A stretch of DNA of 64,000 nucleotides from Thermoanaerobaculia bacterium (lineage in GTDB: Bacteria; Acidobacteriota; Thermoanaerobaculia; Multivoradales; Multivoraceae): positions 2,688,001-2,752,000 of the forward strand of contig OY761158.1 in assembly GCA_963664405.1 (NCBI GenBank), in the 5' to 3' direction. A program made the position numbers and the translations under genes. Numbering within the stretch: the first letter of the stretch is position 1; each line of letters opens with the position of its first letter. The notes under the pieces were generated by a model. That model had not been told where the DNA came from. It searched no databases and worked only from the letters and a program-made list of their open reading frames with translations. This document shows, one piece after another, positions 59,101 to 64,000 of this stretch.

Positions 59101-59994
59101 GCGAAGTACGACGTCGCCACGGAGGGCTGGACCTTCGAGTCCAACCGCCAGGCAGACATGGCCTTCGCGGTCCTGCTCGAGATCGCGCTCCAGCCGTGCG
59201 GCTGGCTGGCCGCCTACTGCGGCTCGGCATTGACCAGCGAAACGGATCTCCGCTTCAGAAACCTCGGTGGCCGTGCGCTGCAGCGACGCCGGGTCTGGCC
59301 AGATTCCGGGACCCTTAGCACCGAGGTGAAGCTGACGGATGTCTCTCACTCAGGCGGCATGCTCATTCAGCGCTTCGACATGAGGATGACCGACGAAGAG
59401 GGCGTCGTTTTCGAGGGCGACACCTACTTCGGTTTCTTCAGCGCCGACGCCCTTGCCAACCAGATCGGCATCCGTGAGGCCAAGAGGTACGAACCAACCG
59501 CGGCCGAGATGGCTGGGGCCATCACCTTCCAATACCCAACGGACGCGCCCCATCCTGACCAGCGACTGCGAATGGTTGCAGACATTGACCTGCTCCTACG
59601 CGAGGGCGGGCCCAACCGCCTCGGCTTCGTCCGTGGCAGCATCGCGGTGGACCCCGGCGCCTGGTTCTTCAAGGCCCACTTCCACCAAGACCCTGTCTGG
59701 CCAGGCTCTCTCGGGTGCGAGTCGTTCCTCCAGCTCCTCAAGGTTTTCGCCGCGGACCGTTGGGGAGTCGACCGCAACACCGCGTGGCAGACGAACGCTC
59801 TCGGCAAGGAGCATCGTTGGACCTACCGCGGTCAGGTGCTGCCTACCGACGAGAAAGTCGAAGTAGAAGCTGTCATCACCGAGCTGGACGACGAGGCCCG
59901 CCGCGTCGTGGCCAGCGGATACCTCACCGTTGACAGCCGCACGATCTATCAGTTCGAAGACTTCAGCCTCGAGATCATAGGGGAGCGCGAGTGA
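53152..59994 (+). CDS. Fused PfaB/C-like protein: KS-CLF-AT plus FabA-type DH domains
   Basis: DAACASS/ECHGTGT (KS); second KS with TISSEETS (Cys replaced by Glu); GYSLG (AT); CHFSDDMVMPG and HFHQDPVWPG (DH); start at GTG 53152. Confidence 0.92.
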   Translation: MSERLAIAIVGFGGVFPGARSLRELWGAIERGEDAAAEVPVGRWHLDPDQAYSPEIAAADRVYTRRACLLEDFELETENLAIDAHFLDRLDPMFRVALRAAQMAVEDAGPEAIGADRTGVIFGNIVLPTDAASAMALATLGRSFAERLGEIGPEPEATEPFNRYVAGYPAGLVAHALNLRGGSYTLDAACASSLYALKLACTELVSGRADAMLAGGLSRPSALYTQMGFSQLRALSPSGRCAPFDRRADGLVVGEGAGLFLLKRLADAERDGHRIHAVIRGIGLSNDVGGSLLAPDREGQLRSMRAAYEQAGWAPNDVDLIECHGTGTPAGDKVELESMHQLWGDASPRKRHCIIGSVKSNVGHLLTGAGAAGLAKVLLALEAEALPPTANFEAPLDPRLRSGPFRVLSKAEPWTRRSDGAPRRAAISAFGFGGINAHLLLEEWRSRSRVAASAPPPRRGEDIAIVGMDAHFGPWEGLRAFQERVLGGEPELQPEAPTRWWGATECDWFEGLGLHANDFPGHYIKELEVPQGRFRIPPKELEEMLPQQLLMLNVMANALEDARFEDDERLRSGVFIGIALDLNATNFHFRWSVREGVRANTVPPLTANRTMGALGGIVASRIAREFRIGGPSHTISSEETSGMRALEVGIRALQEGELDSCLVGAVDLAGDVRAVLATHAVRRYSASGRARPFDAGADGTVVGEGAAALVLKRLADAERDGDRVYAVIRGFGGASGRAAQRPMPTADGYRRALTRAYEEADLDPSLVGYVETHGSGDPVEDRIETEALCSFFAPRHRAPVRHLGGVKADVGHAGAAAALASVVKTALCLYQEVLPSVRGLRTVRADLSPRDFLLAREPQYWLRNRADGPRRAGVSALGVDGGCCHVVLEEHEESKGAATLAHRRQPLGARSEALFAVEGDDVGQLEARLVALATHAHEAEPIELLAHDWFRKIGQRPDAKLGLALVARSREELLRLVESAGAMLRGEADDSALPESKRILWNSHPLGRRGRLTFVFPGSGNHYTGMGRELAVEWPEIARRQDAENLYLPQQLLPDRFWNASSTKSPLDDDRAFIIAQVALSTLVCDLVRSFGVEPGSVLGYSLGESAALFSLRAWRDRERMLARLMESSLFTDDLAGPRDSTRKSWGLTELEGVDWVTGVVDRTAAAVRGVLDAEERVYLLIINTPAECVIGGDRKRVAAVVDALHCNFHALEGVPTVHCAVAESVAKQYHDFHLFPTTPPAGVRFYSAAAGDVYEVTRESAADSILEQAVRGFDFPRLIERAYENGVRIFLEMGPGSSCTRMISRILEGRPHVAQSALSAQNGDVSSLLRLLGRLIAERVPVDLQALYGVETRAVGHRSAVREGSSAQRIPVGGDPFHLRRRDPQMEPPEPRTAPAPAAVGEAPAALLAPEVLAPPRLPDGALTTPAENTLLEGLSASSEARAKAHAAYLHTAYELDRALQETAAYQFRLTEELMHVATAGRTATSEAGPATALAPPMTAPMAPAPSPSQAVLFDREACLEFAVGSIAKVLGESYASIDEHPTRVRLPDEPLMLVDRILAVEGEPHSMTGGRVLTEHDVGVRPWYLDCGAIPTSIAVESGQADLFLSGWLGIDTHTGGLARYRLLDAVVTFHDHLPKPGEVIRYDIRIERFFRQGETWLFYFSFEATVDTRPLLSMREGCAGFFTVGELEAGQGIVRTTIDGRVRPGVLPKDWKALAPMSACESYDGEQIAALRRGDLATCFGPAFADLPINVPETLPCGLLELVHRVSRLEPDGGRFGLGMVRGEADIRPNDWFLTCHFSDDMVMPGTLMYECCLHTLRVYLLRLGWVGEAGKVRYEPVPGVQSRLKCRGQVTESTTRVTYEIEIKELGYGPEPFAIGDALMYADGKPVVEIADMSVRLTGLGRDDVEVLWQTREESVLFDRASILAFATGKPSEAFGDRYRPFDDGRAIARLPGPPFAFIDRVIATAGSAFELQAGAAATAKYDVATEGWTFESNRQADMAFAVLLEIALQPCGWLAAYCGSALTSETDLRFRNLGGRALQRRRVWPDSGTLSTEVKLTDVSHSGGMLIQRFDMRMTDEEGVVFEGDTYFGFFSADALANQIGIREAKRYEPTAAEMAGAITFQYPTDAPHPDQRLRMVADIDLLLREGGPNRLGFVRGSIAVDPGAWFFKAHFHQDPVWPGSLGCESFLQLLKVFAADRWGVDRNTAWQTNALGKEHRWTYRGQVLPTDEKVEVEAVITELDDEARRVVASGYLTVDSRTIYQFEDFSLEIIGERE

Positions 59995-61046
59995 AGTACA
60001 CATCGGTGTATCTCGAGGCAATAGGCTACGAGCTGGCACCCGTTGTGGTCACCTCAGACGAGCTCGAGGAGCGCCTCGAGCCCTTGTACAGAGACCTTCA
60101 TCTGGCCAAGGGCTCGCTCGAGGCGCTCACCGGCATCGCCGAGCGCCGCTGGTGGGAGCCCAGCCACTCTCTCTCTCGGAGCGCAGCGGCGGCGGCGAAG
60201 AAGGCCCTCACCAGGGCCAGAATTCCCACTGACGCGTTGGGAAGCATCGTCTACGCCGGCGTCTGTAGGGAAAGCTTCGAGCCGGCCACCGCCTGCGCCG
60301 TTGCGGCCGAGCTCGGCGTCGAGGGTGCCGCGGCGGTCTACGACATCAGCAACGCCTGCCTTGGCATTCTGAACGGCATCCAAGAAATCGCCAATCGCAT
60401 CGAGCTCGGCCAGATCCGCGCCGGCATCGTGATCTCGGCGGAGACGGCGCGCGAAATCGTCGATGTGACCCTCGAGCACATGTTGGGCGTTGGCACGATG
60501 GCAGCCTACACCGCGGGTCTTGCGACCCTGACCGGCGGCTCGGGTGCGGTTGCTGTACTGCTCACCGACGGCTCTTTCGACAACGCAGAGAGCCACCGCG
60601 TGCTCGGAGGCGCTCAGCGCGCGGCTCCCGAACACTACGGACTGTGCCGGTGGGGCCTCGCCGACGCGCCAACGCTACATCGAAGCGAGCCGTTGGCGCA
60701 GTCGATGGTCACCGATGCCGCCGCCGTGCTGCAGCACGGACTGGCCCTCGGCATCGAGACATGGGGTGACTTCCTCAGCGAGATGGACTGGCAAGTCCAT
60801 GACGTCGACCGCGTCATCTGCCACCAGGTAGGTACGCCCCACAGGGACGCGATCCTCGCGTCAATCGGGATCGGGCTCGAGAAGGACTTCTCCACCTTCC
60901 CCAACCTGGGCAACGTCGGCACTGTTTCTCTGCCAATCACCGCTGCGCTGGCGGAGGAGCGCGGCGCGCTACGGCCTGGTGATCGAGTGGCCTTCCTTGG
61001 CATCGGAAGCGGCTTGAACTGCATCATGCTCGGCGTAGAGTGGTAG
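59991..61046 (+). CDS. oleA: OleA-like thiolase-superfamily condensing enzyme
   Basis: EPATA, DISNACLG, ATLTGGSG, CHQVG, GNVG and GIGSGLN motifs; operon context. Confidence 0.88.
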   Translation: MKYTSVYLEAIGYELAPVVVTSDELEERLEPLYRDLHLAKGSLEALTGIAERRWWEPSHSLSRSAAAAAKKALTRARIPTDALGSIVYAGVCRESFEPATACAVAAELGVEGAAAVYDISNACLGILNGIQEIANRIELGQIRAGIVISAETAREIVDVTLEHMLGVGTMAAYTAGLATLTGGSGAVAVLLTDGSFDNAESHRVLGGAQRAAPEHYGLCRWGLADAPTLHRSEPLAQSMVTDAAAVLQHGLALGIETWGDFLSEMDWQVHDVDRVICHQVGTPHRDAILASIGIGLEKDFSTFPNLGNVGTVSLPITAALAEERGALRPGDRVAFLGIGSGLNCIMLGVEW

Positions 61047-61945
61047 CCGTGGAGCCCCGCTTCGAGGACTACCCTTTCGAGAGTCGATTCCTGGATCTCG
61101 ACGGGGTGCGCATGCACCATCTCGACGAGGGCGAAGGTCCTGCCGTCGTCATGGTGCACGGCAACCCAACCTGGTCGTACTACTACCGCCACTTGGTGTC
61201 GGCACTGCGAGGCAGCCACCGGATCGTCGTACCGGACCACGTGGGCTGTGGACTCTCGGACAAGCCGGCCGAGTCCGCGTACCCTTACCGCCTCGAGCGC
61301 CGAGTGCAGGATCTCGAGCGACTGATCGAGCACACGGACCTGGACGGTAGAGTCACTCTGGTTGTGCATGACTGGGGGGGCATGATCGGCATGGCCTGGG
61401 CGGTGCGCCATCCCGAGCGGGTCGCGCGCCTGGTCATCTTGAACACCTGTGGTTTCCACTTGCCGGCGGGCGATCGGGTGCCACTCTCGTTGCGTCTCTC
61501 ACGGTCCCCGGTGGGTGCGCTCCTGGTGCGAGGCCTCAATCTGTTCTGCCGCGGCGCCCTCCGCTATTGCGCAGTGCAGCGACGGCTCACCGCCGGAGAG
61601 CGCCGTGCCTACCTAGCGCCCTACGACTCGTGGAACCATCGCCTGGCCGTGCATCGCTTCATCCAAGACATCCCGCTGCAACCAAGCGACCCCGGCTACG
61701 ACATCGTCAGCGAGGTCGAGGTCGGGCTCGAGCACTTTCTCGATACGCCGACTCTTCTGCTATGGGGCATGCGCGACTTCGTCTTCGGCCCGAGCTACCT
61801 GGCGGAGTGGGAGCGGAGAATGCCCCATGGCCGCGTCCACCGCTATGAGAACGCCGGCCACTACGTGCTCGAGGACGCACGAGATGAGCTGCGCTCTCTA
61901 ATCGTCTCGTTCGTGTCGGGGGCGTCCATGGCAACAGCGTCGTGA
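61040..61945 (+). CDS. oleB: OleB-like alpha/beta hydrolase (beta-lactone decarboxylase)
   Basis: HGNPTWS, GCGLSDKP, HDWGG, RFIQDIP and AGHYVLED motifs. Confidence 0.9.
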   Translation: MVAVEPRFEDYPFESRFLDLDGVRMHHLDEGEGPAVVMVHGNPTWSYYYRHLVSALRGSHRIVVPDHVGCGLSDKPAESAYPYRLERRVQDLERLIEHTDLDGRVTLVVHDWGGMIGMAWAVRHPERVARLVILNTCGFHLPAGDRVPLSLRLSRSPVGALLVRGLNLFCRGALRYCAVQRRLTAGERRAYLAPYDSWNHRLAVHRFIQDIPLQPSDPGYDIVSEVEVGLEHFLDTPTLLLWGMRDFVFGPSYLAEWERRMPHGRVHRYENAGHYVLEDARDELRSLIVSFVSGASMATAS

Positions 61946-63579
61946 CCCGAACGTCGACCAACATCGCTGCCGCCCTACCGGCGATGGCAGCGCTCCAGCC
62001 GGAGACCATGGCGATCGCCTGGCCCGACGGGCGAGGCGGCTTCTCCGAGTGCACCTTCCGCGAGCTCGATGAGGACAGCAGCCGCCTCGCCGCGGCACTG
62101 AGGGCCTACGGCATCGGCCGAGGCACCCGCACCGTGGTGATGATCCCGCCTAGTCTCGACCTCTTCGCCCTCACCTTCGGGCTCTTCAAGGCCGGCATCG
62201 TGCCAGTCATGGTGGACCCTGGCATGGGCCTCGCGAATCTGAAGACGTGCCTAGCGGAAGCAGAGCCGCAGGCCTTCATCGGGGTCGCCAAGGCCCACGC
62301 CGCCCGTGTGATCCTGGGCTGGGCCAAGGGCAGCATCCGGCTGCGGGTTACCGCCGGACGCAGGCTCTTCTGGGGCGGCACGACCCTAAGCAAGCTGCGC
62401 GCCTCTGCACCCAAGCCCATGGAAGCTGTGGACACCGAGGAGGACGAGGTCGCTGCCATCCTCTTCACCAGCGGCTCCACCGGCGTACCCAAAGGCGCCA
62501 TCTACACCCACGGAAACTTCCTCGCGCAGCTGCAGCGTCTGAAGGAGCACTACGGCATCGAGCCGGGGGAGATCGACCTGCCGACATTCCCCCTCTTCGC
62601 GCTTTTCGATCCAGGCCTCGGGATGAGCGCCGTCATCCCGGAAATGGACCCGACCCGGCCGGCGAGCGTCGACCCTGAAAAGATCCTCACCGCCATCACC
62701 AAGTACAGCGTTACCAACACCTTCGGTTCCCCAGCTCTGCTTCACAAGGTGGGAAGCTGGGGCGCTGCTCGCGGCATCAAACTACCGACTCTGCGCCGGG
62801 TCATATCTGCGGGGGCGCCGGTCCAAGCGACAGTGCTCGAGCGCTTCGCACAAATGCTCCCTGAGGGTGCCGAGATCCATACACCCTATGGCGCCACCGA
62901 AGCGTTGCCAGTCAGCTCGATCGGCAGCCGCGAGATCCTCGCCGAGACGGCGGCCGCAACCAACCGAGGTCGAGGCGTGTGCGTCGGGCTTCCGGTCCAG
63001 CCCATGGAAGTGAGGGTCATCAGCATCGACGATGGCCCCATCGCCACTTGGTCGAAGGACCTCGAGGTGCCGGCCGGCGAGATCGGCGAGATCACCGTCA
63101 AAGGACCTGTCGTCACCCGCGCCTACTACGGGCGCAACAACGCTACGGCCCTGGCGAAGATCGCGGATCCCGAGGGCGGCTTCTGGCACCGCATGGGCGA
63201 CGTCGGCTACCTGGACGAGCACGGTAGGCTCTGGTTCTGCGGGCGCAAGGCCCACCGGGTCGAGCTCACCGACAACACCCTGTATCCGGTGCAGTGCGAG
63301 GCCATCTTCAACCTCCACCCAGACGTGTACCGGACCGCGCTGGTTGGCGTACAGCGCAATCGAGAGACCCTGCCGGTGCTCTGCGTTGAGCTGCACAAAG
63401 ATCGCCCTGCAGACCACGACAGGGTCGAGGTAGAGCTGCGCACAACTGCCGCTGAGAGCGAGTTGACGAAACCCATCGACACCTTTCTCTTTCACGACGA
63501 CTTCCCAGTAGATGCCCGCCACAACGCGAAGATCTTCCGCGAGAAGCTGGCGGTCTGGGCCACCGGCAGGATCTCGTGA
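61942..63579 (+). CDS. oleC: OleC-like AMP-dependent ligase (beta-lactone synthetase)
   Basis: ILFTSGSTG.PKG, TPYGATEALP, HRMGDVG and PVDARHNAKI motifs. Confidence 0.92.
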   Translation: MTRTSTNIAAALPAMAALQPETMAIAWPDGRGGFSECTFRELDEDSSRLAAALRAYGIGRGTRTVVMIPPSLDLFALTFGLFKAGIVPVMVDPGMGLANLKTCLAEAEPQAFIGVAKAHAARVILGWAKGSIRLRVTAGRRLFWGGTTLSKLRASAPKPMEAVDTEEDEVAAILFTSGSTGVPKGAIYTHGNFLAQLQRLKEHYGIEPGEIDLPTFPLFALFDPGLGMSAVIPEMDPTRPASVDPEKILTAITKYSVTNTFGSPALLHKVGSWGAARGIKLPTLRRVISAGAPVQATVLERFAQMLPEGAEIHTPYGATEALPVSSIGSREILAETAAATNRGRGVCVGLPVQPMEVRVISIDDGPIATWSKDLEVPAGEIGEITVKGPVVTRAYYGRNNATALAKIADPEGGFWHRMGDVGYLDEHGRLWFCGRKAHRVELTDNTLYPVQCEAIFNLHPDVYRTALVGVQRNRETLPVLCVELHKDRPADHDRVEVELRTTAAESELTKPIDTFLFHDDFPVDARHNAKIFREKLAVWATGRIS

Positions 63580-64000
63580 AAGCGCTCGTTACCGGCGGCG
63601 GAGGCTTCCTCGGTCTTGCGGTCGTGCGCAAGCTGAGGGAGCGCGGCGACGAAGTGCGCTCTTTTTCCCGCAGCGCATATCCTGCCCTCGACGATCTCGG
63701 GGCTGAAAGCGTGCGGGGAGATCTCGCTGAGGAGACGGACATCATCGACGCTGCGAGCGGGTGCGACATCGTCTTCCATTTGGCAGCCAAAGCCGGGGTC
63801 TGGGGCCCCGCGTCCTCTTACGAGCGCACCAACGTGGTCGGTACCGACAACGTACTCAAGGCATGCGGCGCAGCGGCAATCAAGCGTCTCGTCTACACCA
63901 GCACTCCAAGCGTGACCTTCGCCGGCACCGATCAGATCGGCGTTGACGAGAGCGCACCGTACCCGGAGCGCTACCTGAACGACTACTCCCGAACCAAATC
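63576..64000 (+). CDS. oleD: OleD-like NAD(P)-dependent reductase (3-beta-HSD family), runs off the window end
   Basis: GTG start overlapping the oleC stop; MKALVTGGGGFLG, VFHLAAKAGVWG and VYTSTPSV motifs. Confidence 0.9.
   Translation, partial: MKALVTGGGGFLGLAVVRKLRERGDEVRSFSRSAYPALDDLGAESVRGDLAEETDIIDAASGCDIVFHLAAKAGVWGPASSYERTNVVGTDNVLKACGAAAIKRLVYTSTPSVTFAGTDQIGVDESAPYPERYLNDYSRTK

Overview
GC-rich bacterial chromosome segment. The gene order and protein styles suggest Acidobacteriota, but this is inference. It has three zones. (1) 1-18478 is core genome: hemC-hemD, an ArsR regulator, sodA, tRNA-Val and tRNA-Asp, rpmG, an ECF sigma factor, an S41 protease, tatA/B-tatC, kdsB-pyrG-kdsA-kdsD, a polyprenyl synthase, lolA, a half-length purH, tusA and tRNA-Phe. 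It also holds a 178-bp MITE-like element. (2) About 18.5-45.2 kb is a heavily nested accessory island starting right after tRNA-Phe. It contains an rve-type IS split by a 3355-bp large-serine-recombinase element, an IS5-family element split by an IS21 element, an ISAzo13 element splitting a regulator gene, at least 7 IS6 copies or ends, tRNA-Ala-like att scars, a toxin-antitoxin pair and defence-like orphans. (3) 45.4-64 kb is one tightly coupled pfaD-pfaA-pfaBC-oleA-oleB-oleC-oleD cluster (PUFA synthase plus olefin pathway) running off the window end. The strongest novel signal is the recombinase element. Its att sites can be rebuilt exactly, giving a symmetric attP around an AA core. Excision would restore the host transposase and also join an RBS+GTG at one end of the element to a start-less small gene at the other end, so that gene is complete only in the circular form.
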